64,000 nt of DNA from Deltaproteobacteria bacterium (GCA_012728915.1 JAAYEC010000075.1:82-64081), one strand, 5' to 3'. Positions 17,658 to 26,898 are shown, counted from the stretch's first letter. The notes: generated by a model from the letters alone, not told the origin. Program-made: numbers and translations.

Positions 17658-18323
17658 TCAGACGACCTGCACGACGCCGTCCCGGATATAGATGTCTCTC
17701 TTCTTGAACAGACGGTCGTACTGCGTCAGCCCGGCATAGTAGACGCAGGGGATGCCCGCATCGATCATCTTCCGGGTCATCTCGATGTAGAGCTCGACGG
17801 CCGGGCGGGCAAGTGCGACGAAGGCCTGCTCGATGAGGTAGGCCTCGGCCCCCTTCGTCATCTCCCGGACGATGATCGCCGCCCGCACGTCCTCCGGCGC
17901 GACCTGCGCGGGACGGAGGTCGAGCTTTTCCTCGATCCCCAGGAGACGGCACAGGGACATCTCCTCGTCGCCCAGGGTCAGATCCAGGCTGTTTTCGTAG
18001 TAGTAGCGCGAAAGCAGCAGATTGGTCCGGAGCGTCCGGTTGCCGATCAGGGCCGCATCGACCCCCATGTAGCCGATCTTCCTCCGAACGGCGAGAAGCC
18101 GCCGGGGCTTGAGAAAATCCAGTTCCTCGCCGTCGAACAGGTACAGGCCCTCTTCCGGCGGCTCCAGGGTCGCCAGTGCCCGCAGGAAAAGGTGCGCGTC
18201 GTCGATCCGGTCGGCGTGGAGGCTGAAGGCATCGCCCTGCGAAAGGGAGAAGGAGAATTTCCTCAGGCCCTTCCCCCGGCCTGTCGGGGCGTGCGCGTAG
18301 TCTCGGAGTTCGATGAGCGCCAT
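17658..18323 (-). CDS. MlaF-like ABC NBD homolog with degenerate Walker A, signature and Walker B
   Basis: Sits between mlaE and mlaD; NBD-like scaffold (FSFSLSQGD, PEEGLYLFDG, RRKIGY, RTLRTNL, RPAQ), but catalytic motifs are absent. Confidence 0.75.
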   Translation of the reverse strand: MALIELRDYAHAPTGRGKGLRKFSFSLSQGDAFSLHADRIDDAHLFLRALATLEPPEEGLYLFDGEELDFLKPRRLLAVRRKIGYMGVDAALIGNRTLRTNLLLSRYYYENSLDLTLGDEEMSLCRLLGIEEKLDLRPAQVAPEDVRAAIIVREMTKGAEAYLIEQAFVALARPAVELYIEMTRKMIDAGIPCVYYAGLTQYDRLFKKRDIYIRDGVVQVV

Positions 18324-18329
18324 ACCCAC

Positions 18330-19106
18330 CTACAGGAAAAAGGCGGCAAAGAGCGCGAAGTTCACCGCCAGGCAGTAGAAGAGGCACGCCACGGCCCCCC
18401 TCGACGTCGCCACGGGGACCTCCGTGATCCCCCTCCGGACGGCGAGGCCGTAGTGCAGCGAGATCACGGTGATGCCCACGCCGAAAAAGAGGGCCTTCAG
18501 CGCCACCACGGCGATGTCGACCCCTTCGATGGCCTTCCCGATCTGCGCAAGGAAGTTCTGCAGCGGCAGGGTCGTCAGCACCCAGGCGATGGCGTACCCT
18601 CCCAGCACGGAGGTGATGCAGAAAATGGTGATCAGGCAGAAGAGGGAGACCGTGATGCCGATCAGCCGGGGTACGAACAGGACGTCCAGGGGGTCCACGC
18701 CCTGGAGTTCCAGGGCCTCGATCTCGCGGAGGACCTTCATGTAGCCCGTCTCGATCGTCACCGCCGTCGCCGACCGCAGGATGACCACCAGGGCCGTGAC
18801 GAGGGGACCGAACTCCCGGATCAGCAGGGCCACGGTGACCTTGCCCAGGTCATGCTGGGCGGCCACGCCCGAGAGCTGGAGGATCATCATGCTGCCGAGC
18901 AGCAGCGAGATGGGGATCACGATCCACAGCGCCTCGACGGCCGTGAAGTAGATCTGCTCGACGACGATCCGGAGTCTCAGCCGGCGGCCGGCCCTGGGGT
19001 TGAGGACGACCTGGCGCAGGATGCGGTAGAACAGCGCGGACTGGTCCGCGTATCGGTTCAACCGGTCCGCGGTCTGCCTGCCCAGATATCCCACGTAATC
19101 CCGCAC
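18330..19106 (-). CDS. MlaE family ABC permease
   Basis: IREFGPLVTALVVILRSATA, EIEALELQGVDP...PRL, VPVATSRGAV. Confidence 0.92.
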   Translation of the reverse strand: MRDYVGYLGRQTADRLNRYADQSALFYRILRQVVLNPRAGRRLRLRIVVEQIYFTAVEALWIVIPISLLLGSMMILQLSGVAAQHDLGKVTVALLIREFGPLVTALVVILRSATAVTIETGYMKVLREIEALELQGVDPLDVLFVPRLIGITVSLFCLITIFCITSVLGGYAIAWVLTTLPLQNFLAQIGKAIEGVDIAVVALKALFFGVGITVISLHYGLAVRRGITEVPVATSRGAVACLFYCLAVNFALFAAFFL

Positions 19107-19152
19107 CGCAACGGCCTCCCGAGAATTCCTGTCTCGATCGCGATTTCAGGAA

Positions 19153-19181
19153 ACTCTAAACGAAACCCCCGTCTCCGTCAA
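19153..19181 (-). promoter_or_regulatory. Sigma70 promoter TTGACG-N17-TAGAGT of the mla-like operon
   Basis: Exact spacing, about 47 nt upstream of the GTG start. Confidence 0.6.
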
Positions 19182-19277
19182 TCGTGAAGTCTCGGCGACC
19201 CGGGGCGCGGCGCCGGGCGGCCTTCCTGCCGGCAAGCGGCGCGGGGTGTTGGGCGGGAGGAAGAACGCGCACCAATG

Positions 19278-19303
19278 AAAAAGGCCCGGCGGTCCGGGCC
19301 TTT
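19278..19303 (-). terminator. Intrinsic terminator after leuB
   Basis: Minus strand AGGCCCGG-accg-CCGGGCC-TTTTT. Confidence 0.75.
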
Positions 19304-19313
19304 CGTCGCCTGT

Positions 19314-20384
19314 TCAGGGCTCGAGAATGTACTTGACGACGAGATCCCCCACCTCCCGCGTACCGTGACCCATCCTGCCGGCGTCCATGCTCTTCATGTC
19401 GTCGCGGATGACCTTCTTCACGGCATCGAGCAGGACCCCTGCGGCGGTCGCCTCGCCGAGGAACTCGAGCATCATCTGGACGGAGCAGATGGCCGCGAGC
19501 GGGTTGATCCGGTTCGTGCCCGCGTATTTCGGGGCCGAGCCGCCGATGGGCTCGAAGATCGCCGTCTGGCCCGGGTCGGGATTGATGTTGCCCCCCGCGG
19601 CAATCCCCATGCCGCCCTGGATCATCGCGCCCAGGTCGGTGATGACGTCTCCGAACATGTTGTCCGTCACGATGACGTCGAAGAACTCGGGGTTCTTCAC
19701 CATCCACATGCAGATCGCGTCCACGTGGGCGTAATCGGTCTTGACGTCGGGGTATTCCTTGGCCACCTCGTAGTAGACCCTCTCCCAGAGGTTCCAGGCA
19801 TAGGTGAGGACGTTGGTCTTGCCGCAGAGGGTGAGCTTCTTCTGCCGGTTTCGCCTGCGGCAGTACTCGAAGGCGTACCGGATGCAGCGCTCGACGCCCT
19901 TGCGGGTGTTCACCGACTCCTGCACGGCCACTTCCCCCGCCGTGCCCTTGCGCAGGAACCCCCCGCTGCCGGCGTAGAGCCCCTCCGTGTTCTCCCGCAC
20001 GACGACGAAGTCGATGTCCTCGGGGCCCTTGTCCTTGAGCGGCGTGTAGACCCCGGGCAGCAGGACCACGGGCCTCAGGTTGATGTAGAGGTCGAGCTCG
20101 AAGCGCATCTTCAGGAGGATCTCCGTCTCGAGGATCCCCGGCCGGACGCCCGGATGGCCGATGGCGCCGAGCAGCGAGGCGTCCATGGCGCGAAGCTCCG
20201 ACAGCACGGAGTCCGGCAGAAGGTCACCCTTGGCCAGGTAGCGCTCCCCGCCGATGTCGTAACGGGTCAAATGGAATTCGATCCCCTCGGCATCGGAAAT
20301 GGCCTTGAGGGCCTTGAGGGCCTCGGCGACGACTTCGGGTCCCGTGCCGTCGCCGGGCAGCACGCCGATGTTGTAGGTTTTCAT
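19314..20384 (-). CDS. leuB: 3-isopropylmalate (beta-decarboxylating) dehydrogenase
   Basis: PGDGTGPEV, NLRP, VRENTEGLY, KTNV, NMFGDVITD, FEPIGGSAP, INP. Confidence 0.93.
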   Translation of the reverse strand: MKTYNIGVLPGDGTGPEVVAEALKALKAISDAEGIEFHLTRYDIGGERYLAKGDLLPDSVLSELRAMDASLLGAIGHPGVRPGILETEILLKMRFELDLYINLRPVVLLPGVYTPLKDKGPEDIDFVVVRENTEGLYAGSGGFLRKGTAGEVAVQESVNTRKGVERCIRYAFEYCRRRNRQKKLTLCGKTNVLTYAWNLWERVYYEVAKEYPDVKTDYAHVDAICMWMVKNPEFFDVIVTDNMFGDVITDLGAMIQGGMGIAAGGNINPDPGQTAIFEPIGGSAPKYAGTNRINPLAAICSVQMMLEFLGEATAAGVLLDAVKKVIRDDMKSMDAGRMGHGTREVGDLVVKYILEP

Positions 20385-20426
20385 GCTCTGTCTCCCGTCT
20401 GTGTGGTTTCCTGATGGCCGTTTCGC

Positions 20427-20927
20427 TCACCGGGCGGCGAGCTTTTCCTTCCGGATGTACTCGACGAGCCCGCCCTGCCGGATGAGCTGCTCCATGAACG
20501 GCGGGATCGGGCGGGTGCTGTAGGACTTGCCGCGGGTGAGGTTCTCGATGCGGCCCGCGGCGAGATCGACGGCAAGCCGGTCGCCGTCCCGGATGTCGTC
20601 GACGGCCTCGGCCGACTCCAGGAGCGGCAGGCCGATGTTGAAGGCGTTGCGGTAAAAGATCCGGGCGAAGCTCTTCGCGATGATGAGCGGCACCCCCGCC
20701 GCTCTGATCGCAATCGGCGCGTGCTCCCGCGAGGAGCCGCACCCGAAGTTCCGTCCCCCGACGACGACATCGCCTGCGGAGACGGAGGAGGCGAACTCGG
20801 GCCGCCCGTCGGCAAAGACGTGTTTCGCCAGGGCGGCCCCGTCGGAGACGTTGCAGTACCGCGCCGCGATGATCATGTCCGTGTCCACGTCATCGCCGAA
20901 CTTCCAGGCTCTTCCTTCATATTTCAT
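20427..20927 (-). CDS. leuD: 3-isopropylmalate dehydratase small subunit
   Basis: FGDDVDTD, NFGCGSSREHA, SFARIFYRNAFNIG. Confidence 0.95.
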   Translation of the reverse strand: MKYEGRAWKFGDDVDTDMIIAARYCNVSDGAALAKHVFADGRPEFASSVSAGDVVVGGRNFGCGSSREHAPIAIRAAGVPLIIAKSFARIFYRNAFNIGLPLLESAEAVDDIRDGDRLAVDLAAGRIENLTRGKSYSTRPIPPFMEQLIRQGGLVEYIRKEKLAAR

Positions 20928-21062
20928 GGCATCTCCTTGCAGTCGACGCAGGCTTCAGGCATCAGGCTTCAGGATTGAAGGAAACGCATTGTCGGTCTGT
21001 CCTGCATCCCGAGGCCTGAATCCGGAATCCCGCCGGTGATCGCCGTTCCGCTCTCCAGCGGG

Positions 21063-22322
21063 CTATAGTTCCTCAGGGGAACCGATTCTGCCTAACACCG
21101 CCGACGCCGCCGCGACGGACGGGTTGCACAGATACACCTCGCTCTTCGGGTGTCCCATGCGGCCCACGAAATTTCGGTTCGTCGTGGCCAGCGCCCGCTC
21201 GCCCGAGGCGAGGATCCCCATGTGTCCGCCCAGGCAGGGCCCGCAGCAGGGGGGGCCGACAACGGCCCCGGCCTCGAGGAAGGTCTCGACGAGCCCCTCC
21301 CTCGTGGCATCCTTCAGGATCGTGGGGGACGCGGGGATGACAATGAGGCGCAGACCCTTCGCCTTCTTACGGCCCTTCAGGATCTTCGCCGCGTCGCGCA
21401 GGTCCTCGAGCCAGCCGTTGGTGCAGGACCCGATAAAGACCTGGTCCAGGGCGATGCCCTTCGCCTCTGAGACGGGGCGCACGTTCGCAGGCGACGGGGG
21501 AAAGGCAACCTGGGGCTCGAGGTCCGTTGCGTCGATCGTGATGACCTTCTCGTATTTCGCGCCGGCATCGCTGGCGAGCCAGAGGGGTTCCCACCGTGCC
21601 CGACCCTTGACATAGGCCTTCGTCGTCTCGTCGGGCGCGATGATGCCGTTTTTCGCCCCCGCCTCGATCGCCATGTTCGCCATGGCGAACCGGTGCGGCA
21701 TGGAGAGCTTCCCGACGACGTCCCCGCAGAACTCGAGCGCCGCGTACAGCGCCCCTTCCACGCCGATCTCGCCGATGAGCCGCAGGATCAGGTCCTTGCC
21801 GCCCACCAGCGGCCGCAGGGTCCCCGTGAACTCGACGCGGATCGTCGGAGGGACGCGCAGCCAGGTCTCGCCCGTGGCCATCACGGCGGCAAAGTCGGTG
21901 CTCCCCACGCCGGTGGAGAAGGCCCCCAGGGCCCCGTAGGCGCAGGTGTGGCTGTCGGCCCCGATGACGAGCTGACCGGGCACGACGAGCCCCTGCTCCG
22001 GAAGGAGCACGTGGCCGATGCCGGCCTCGCCGACCTCGTAGTACAGCTCGAGGTCCTGCTCGCGGGCGAACTCGCGCATGAGCTTGGCCTGCTCGGCCGA
22101 GGCGATGTCCTTGTTCGGCACGAAGTGATCCGCCACGAGGGCGACCCGCCTGCGGTCGAAGACCTTCGGGGCGCCGATCTGCCTGAACACCTGGATGGCG
22201 ATGGGGGCCGTGAAATCGTGGGCGAAGGCGAGATCCACCCTGGCCTCGACGAGGTCTCCGGGGGCGACGCTCTCGAGCCCCGCATGCCGGGCAAGAATTT
22301 TCTCCGTAATCGTCATGGGCAT
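21063..22322 (-). CDS. leuC: 3-isopropylmalate dehydratase large subunit (short type)
   Basis: MTITEKIL, GADSHTC, IGSCTNG, PCCGPCLG, TTNRNFVGRMG. Confidence 0.95.
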   Translation of the reverse strand: MPMTITEKILARHAGLESVAPGDLVEARVDLAFAHDFTAPIAIQVFRQIGAPKVFDRRRVALVADHFVPNKDIASAEQAKLMREFAREQDLELYYEVGEAGIGHVLLPEQGLVVPGQLVIGADSHTCAYGALGAFSTGVGSTDFAAVMATGETWLRVPPTIRVEFTGTLRPLVGGKDLILRLIGEIGVEGALYAALEFCGDVVGKLSMPHRFAMANMAIEAGAKNGIIAPDETTKAYVKGRARWEPLWLASDAGAKYEKVITIDATDLEPQVAFPPSPANVRPVSEAKGIALDQVFIGSCTNGWLEDLRDAAKILKGRKKAKGLRLIVIPASPTILKDATREGLVETFLEAGAVVGPPCCGPCLGGHMGILASGERALATTNRNFVGRMGHPKSEVYLCNPSVAAASAVLGRIGSPEEL

Positions 22323-22542
22323 GGTTCATTCTCCGCTTGTCTGCTCGATATGGAAGCCGGAGCCTTTTCGAGAGGCTCCGGTTGCTGTGCATGAACCGCG
22401 GAACTGAGGAAAAGCGGAAGATCGGATCAAAGGCTATGGTCCTTTCCGCGCGTCCGAGGTTCTGCTCTTCCGCTCTTCACCTCCGCAAGGCGGAAATCAA
22501 GCGCCCTGTTTTCCGTGCCGGGGCGCCTCCGCTCGTCCGTCT

Positions 22543-24153
22543 CTAAGCGACGGCCTTCCGCGCTTCCTTTCCGTTCCGGTTCAGCCTGTCCTTGCTCAGC
22601 TTGTACTGGATGCTGTCCACCAGCGCATGCCAGCTCGCTTCGATAACGCTCTCGGAGACCCCGATCGTGCTCCAGATATCCTTGTCGTCGCGCGACTCGA
22701 TGAAGACGCGAACCTTGGCAGCCGTCCCCTCGCTGCCCTCGAGGATGCTCACCTTGAAGTCGGTCAGGTGCATTCGGGCCAGCTCGGGGTAGAACTTCAC
22801 GAGGGCCTTGCGCAGGGCGTTGTCCAGGGCGTTGATCGGGCCGTTGCCCTCGGCAGCGGTGATCTCGGCATCCTTGCCCACGATGACCTTGATGAGGGCC
22901 TGCGAGCGGGAGGGCTCGTTGCCCTGCTTTTCGTTTATAACACGGAAGCACTCCAGATAGAAGGGCTCTTCGAACTCGCCCGTGGCCTTCCGGATGATGA
23001 GGGCCAGCGACCCGTCGGCGGCCTCGAAGCTGTACCCCTCGTTCTCCATGCGCTTGATCTCCTCGACGATGCGGCGGCTCTTCGCGTCGTCCCCGCCCAG
23101 GGAGAGGCCCATCTCGGCCGCCTTGTACTCGATGTTGCTCTTGCCGGAGAGATCCGAGACGAGGACACGCCTCTTGTTGCCCACGACCTCGGGGGAGAGA
23201 TGTTCATAGGCCGCGGGGTTCTTGAGCACGGCGTGCACGTGGACGCCGCCCTTGTGAGCAAAGGCGCTGCGTCCGACGAAGGGCCGCGAGTTCAGCGGGG
23301 TGATGTTGGCGATCTCGCCGACGAAGAGCGACAGGCGGGTGAGCTCCTTCAGGGCGCCCTCGGGGAGGCAGCGTTTTGCCATCTTGAGCTCCAGGTTGGC
23401 CATGATCGGCACGAGATCCGCATTGCCGCAGCGCTCCCCGTAGCCGTTGACGGTCCCCTGGACCATGCGGACGCCCTTTTCGACGGCAGCCAGCGAGTTG
23501 GCCACGGCAAGCCCCCCGTCGTTGTGGGCGTGGATGCCCAGGCGCTCCCGCGGGATCCGGGAGGCCACCTCGTCCACGACGCGGGCGATCTCCGAGGGCA
23601 GGGTCCCGCCGTTGGTGTCGCATAGCACGACGAGGTCGGCGCCGCTCGCAAAGGCCGCCTCGATCGTCTGCAGGGCGTAGCGGGGGTTCGCCCGGTAGCC
23701 GTCGAAAAAGTGTTCGGCGTCGTAGATGACCTCCTTCTTCTTCGCCTTGAGCCAGGCCACCGTCTCGCCGATCATGGAGAGGTTCTCCTTCATGGAGATC
23801 TTGAGGATCTCCCTGACGTGCAGGTCCCAGCTCTTGCCGAAGATGGTCACCACCGGGGTCTGCGCCTCGAGCAGGGCCTGGACGTTCGGGCACTCGGCGC
23901 AGGGCGTGTGGGCCCGCCGCGTGCTGCCGAAGGCCGAGAGACGCGCGGTTGTGAACTTCACCTTCCGGGCCAGCTCGAAGAAGCGCATGTCCTTCGGGTT
24001 CGAGCCGGGCCAGCCGCCCTCGATGTAGGCAATCCCGAACTCGTCGAGTCGCCTGGCCACGCGGAGCTTCTCCTCGGCCGTGAAGTTCACCTGCTCTCCC
24101 TGGGTGCCGTCCCGCAGGGTCGTGTCGTAGATGAGAACTGTCCTGTCGTCCAT
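22543..24153 (-). CDS. cimA: (R)-citramalate synthase
   Basis: YDTTLRDGTQGE, IEGGWPGSNPKD, FGKSWDLHV, DAEHFFDGY, AFAHKGGVH, SDLSGKSN: bacterial CimA clade with C-terminal regulatory domain. Confidence 0.92.
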   Translation of the reverse strand: MDDRTVLIYDTTLRDGTQGEQVNFTAEEKLRVARRLDEFGIAYIEGGWPGSNPKDMRFFELARKVKFTTARLSAFGSTRRAHTPCAECPNVQALLEAQTPVVTIFGKSWDLHVREILKISMKENLSMIGETVAWLKAKKKEVIYDAEHFFDGYRANPRYALQTIEAAFASGADLVVLCDTNGGTLPSEIARVVDEVASRIPRERLGIHAHNDGGLAVANSLAAVEKGVRMVQGTVNGYGERCGNADLVPIMANLELKMAKRCLPEGALKELTRLSLFVGEIANITPLNSRPFVGRSAFAHKGGVHVHAVLKNPAAYEHLSPEVVGNKRRVLVSDLSGKSNIEYKAAEMGLSLGGDDAKSRRIVEEIKRMENEGYSFEAADGSLALIIRKATGEFEEPFYLECFRVINEKQGNEPSRSQALIKVIVGKDAEITAAEGNGPINALDNALRKALVKFYPELARMHLTDFKVSILEGSEGTAAKVRVFIESRDDKDIWSTIGVSESVIEASWHALVDSIQYKLSKDRLNRNGKEARKAVA

Positions 24154-24170
24154 CGCCGTCTTTCCCCCTG

Positions 24171-24210
24171 AAATAAAAAATCCGTTACCAGGGAGCCTGA
24201 TAACGGATTT
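24171..24210 (-). terminator. Attenuator terminator upstream of cimA
   Basis: mRNA reads AAAUCCGUUAUCAGG-CUC-CCUGGUAACGGAUUU followed by UUUAUUU; ends 17 nt before the cimA ATG. Confidence 0.9.
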
Positions 24211-24244
24211 CGTTGATTCTTCCGATTGTTGCATCAAGCCATCA

Positions 24245-24322
24245 TCAGCCCCCTACGCCGCCCGGACGTATGCCGATTATGTCGATAATAATGGGGAGGA
24301 TGATGCCGATGCTGCTCTTCAT
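24245..24322 (-). CDS. Ile-rich leader peptide MKSSIGIILPIIIDIIGIRPGGVGG (25 aa, 9 Ile)
   Basis: ATG at 24322 to TGA at 24245; lies between the promoter and the attenuator terminator; includes two ATA codons. Confidence 0.85.
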   Translation of the reverse strand: MKSSIGIILPIIIDIIGIRPGGVGG

Positions 24323-24353
24323 GTTGAAATCCAACCCTCTCAAAGGTGCGGTG

Positions 24354-24382
24354 AGCATAAAGCGTAGCGCTGTGTTTGTCAA
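24354..24382 (-). promoter_or_regulatory. Sigma70 promoter TTGACA-N17-TATGCT of the leader-cimA transcript
   Basis: Near-consensus -35 at 24377-24382 and -10 at 24354-24359. Confidence 0.85.
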
Positions 24383-24389
24383 CGAAAAT

Positions 24390-26342
24390 TTACCGGGGGG
24401 GAGGCCTGTCGTCTCTCCGGATGCCGCAGAGAAGGAGAGCGGCGGCACCGAGCCACCCGAGCATCCCGACGGTCTCCGCTTTCGCGCCCAGCAGGGCATC
24501 GCTTGCATCCGCAAGGGGGGTGAGCATCGCTCTCGTGCCGGCTCGCAGGCTCTCGTCCGCGGCGATGAGATCGGCCAGAGAGGGTGAAAGCGCGTAGTAG
24601 AGCCCCACGAAGGCCCTGCCCGAGGTGGAGGGCAGCAGGTAGGCGTCGCGGAATCCCCGCAGCGCCACCACGCGCGGCTCGAGCGCCGAGCCGAAGGCCG
24701 CCGTGGCGATGAAGCACCCGCCGCCTCCCCCGCCGCCGCCGCTGCCGCCCGATACGGCCGGTCCGACGGTGGTGAAGGTCCATGCGCTCGAGGAGGCAAG
24801 CGCCACCCCCTCGCTGTCCTGCACGGCACTCGTCAGCGTCGCCGTGTAGGTCGTGCCATAAGCGAGATTCGACAACGGGGTGAAGGTGGCCGTCAGGGTG
24901 CCCCCATTGTAGGACACGGCCCCCGCGACAGGGACGCCCCCCTGCGTGAGCGTGAAGGACGAGGTCGTGATCGACGCCGCGCTCATGGTCTCGCTGAAGG
25001 TCGCCGTGACGGACGTGTCGACAGCCACATCGGCAGCTCCAGGGGTGGGGCTTCTTCCCGAGATCGTCGGCGGCACACCGGCCTGGGTCACCGCGTAGGA
25101 GTGGCCCGCGATGGTGATGGTTCCCGTCCGCTGCTTCGCCCCCGTGTTTTCGGCAACGCTGTAAGTGACCGTCCCGTTCCCCGTGCCGCTCGAGCCGCCG
25201 GTGATCGTGATCCAGGCGTTGTTGGAAACGGCGAGCCACGAACAGGTCCCGCCCGTTGTCACCGTCACGCTGCCCGTCGAGGCATCGGCGGAAACGGACG
25301 CATTCGCCGATTGAAGCGAATACGCACAGGAGCCCGCGAACGAGACGCCCAGCGACTGAAATCGCCTTGCCGTGGTGTACGGCGGCATGGAACAGCCATA
25401 ATTCATCCTCATCTTCATGCGGAACAAGCCATTCGGCCGATCTCCGCCCGAAGTGCCCCAACTGTTGAGGACGATCCAGTAGTGTTTGGCCGGATCGGCA
25501 TCGTCGTCGTTGTATCCGACAACGATGACCGCATGGCCTCCACCCTCGTCGGGTGAGTCATCGTATTCGGTTCCACAATATGTATCGGGATTCCACAATG
25601 CCATTTCGTTCTGGTTGTTCCAGAAGGTGTAAAAGGAATCCCAGGCTGCACGGTTCGGCAGATAATAGGAAAGCCATACGCCCTTTCCCTGGTTGAGGAT
25701 CGCCTTGATGTTGAGTATTGCATCGTCCTGGCTGACGGAGGTCGTCGTGATCGTCTGAACAGTCAGGGTCGAGGAGAAGGCATAGTTCGTCGGGTACCGG
25801 GACACGGATCCACAGGAACCCGAACAAATGCCGTCGTTGTCGATATACGCCGCACCCGGGTTCGACCAGGGAACGGCGAAACCCTGGCCGTTATAAAAGC
25901 TCGCAAACATGGTTAGGTTTCCACCACCACATGCACAATCGCCGGTCTTGCATGAATTCAGAAATTGGATGGATAGCCTGTCCTTGATCGAAAGTCCTGA
26001 CTGGAGGGCGAGTTCCAGCAAGCCTGTCCCTGCCCATACCCAGCAGTTACCGCACATGCCTTGGTTCCGCTCGGACGGCGTATATTGGATATTGTCCAGA
26101 AGGCTCAGATAGGCACCAAGCCTCTGATCTGTCGCCATGACGAGCCCGGCCCGGACGAGTTCGTCAATGGCCGCCCTGGGCGCATTCTCGTACTCTCGCT
26201 CCCACCTCTCCAAGGTCTTGGCATCAGGGCGCATGACGGGAGGTCGCGGCTTCGGACTTCCCTGGGAGAACGCGCTGGACGCATAACCCACGGCAAGGGC
26301 CAGGGACAGAAGAAGAGTCAAGCCGGTTCGGGTCTTTCTCAT
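24390..26342 (-). CDS. Secreted papain-like (C1) cysteine peptidase with BACON-like and Ig-like domains and a CFI-box-CTERM
   Basis: Signal peptide; QGMCGNCW (Cys), [10 protein letters not shown] (His), WIVLNSWG (Asn); NAWITIT...[20 protein letters not shown] (BACON); [14 protein letters not shown]. Confidence 0.88.
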   Translation of the reverse strand: MRKTRTGLTLLLSLALAVGYASSAFSQGSPKPRPPVMRPDAKTLERWEREYENAPRAAIDELVRAGLVMATDQRLGAYLSLLDNIQYTPSERNQGMCGNCWVWAGTGLLELALQSGLSIKDRLSIQFLNSCKTGDCACGGGNLTMFASFYNGQGFAVPWSNPGAAYIDNDGICSGSCGSVSRYPTNYAFSSTLTVQTITTTSVSQDDAILNIKAILNQGKGVWLSYYLPNRAAWDSFYTFWNNQNEMALWNPDTYCGTEYDDSPDEGGGHAVIVVGYNDDDADPAKHYWIVLNSWGTSGGDRPNGLFRMKMRMNYGCSMPPYTTARRFQSLGVSFAGSCAYSLQSANASVSADASTGSVTVTTGGTCSWLAVSNNAWITITGGSSGTGNGTVTYSVAENTGAKQRTGTITIAGHSYAVTQAGVPPTISGRSPTPGAADVAVDTSVTATFSETMSAASITTSSFTLTQGGVPVAGAVSYNGGTLTATFTPLSNLAYGTTYTATLTSAVQDSEGVALASSSAWTFTTVGPAVSGGSGGGGGGGGCFIATAAFGSALEPRVVALRGFRDAYLLPSTSGRAFVGLYYALSPSLADLIAADESLRAGTRAMLTPLADASDALLGAKAETVGMLGWLGAAALLLCGIRRDDRPPPR

Positions 26343-26430
26343 GGGGTCAGTCCTGCGCATGAATTCCTTCGACGATGCGGAAACGAGGTATCCTGCCGTT
26401 CCTGCTCACCGGGCCCCGTCGAGACCTCCC

Positions 26431-26898
26431 TCAGCGGGGCGCCGGCGGGGGGAAATCGAACAGGACCGGCGTGCAGGTCCCCCGCGTGATCACCCGGAGC
26501 GTACAGCCCACCCGTGTTCCCGGCCGGATGTCAAGTTGTTCGACGTAGGCCCTGTCGGGAGGCATCTCCCGGTCCGGCAGGAGAGGAAAGGTCCTCTCGA
26601 GCGCCGATTTCCCGAGGGGCTCCTCGACGACCCCGTCGGGGATGAAGCGGAATCTTACGTCGAATCGCCCGCTTGCGGCCGTTGAGGGGGTCACCGAGAC
26701 GATCTCGGCCTGCCCGGGGTAGGACCTGTACTCGCAGGGTCCTCCTACCAGGGGTTCCCGTGCAATTTCCGAACCTGTTTTGGAGCAACCGATCCCCGGC
26801 AGTGCCGCCACCAGGAGAACAATCGCCCAAAAGCCCGCTCTCTCGAGGAAACCCGCCCGGGCGCCCGCCGCGTCCCCCCGGTCCCTTCTGCTGTCCAT
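26431..26898 (-). CDS. Hypothetical lipoprotein
   Basis: Hydrophobic stretch ending LPGIGC; GGPCEY...GTCTP; GGAGG SD. Confidence 0.7.
   Translation of the reverse strand: MDSRRDRGDAAGARAGFLERAGFWAIVLLVAALPGIGCSKTGSEIAREPLVGGPCEYRSYPGQAEIVSVTPSTAASGRFDVRFRFIPDGVVEEPLGKSALERTFPLLPDREMPPDRAYVEQLDIRPGTRVGCTLRVITRGTCTPVLFDFPPPAPR

Noticed and set aside
22543-24153. Annotating this gene as leuA
   Set aside because: The GGWPGSNPKD, FGKSWDLHV and DAEHFFDG motifs and the Ile-rich leader indicate CimA.
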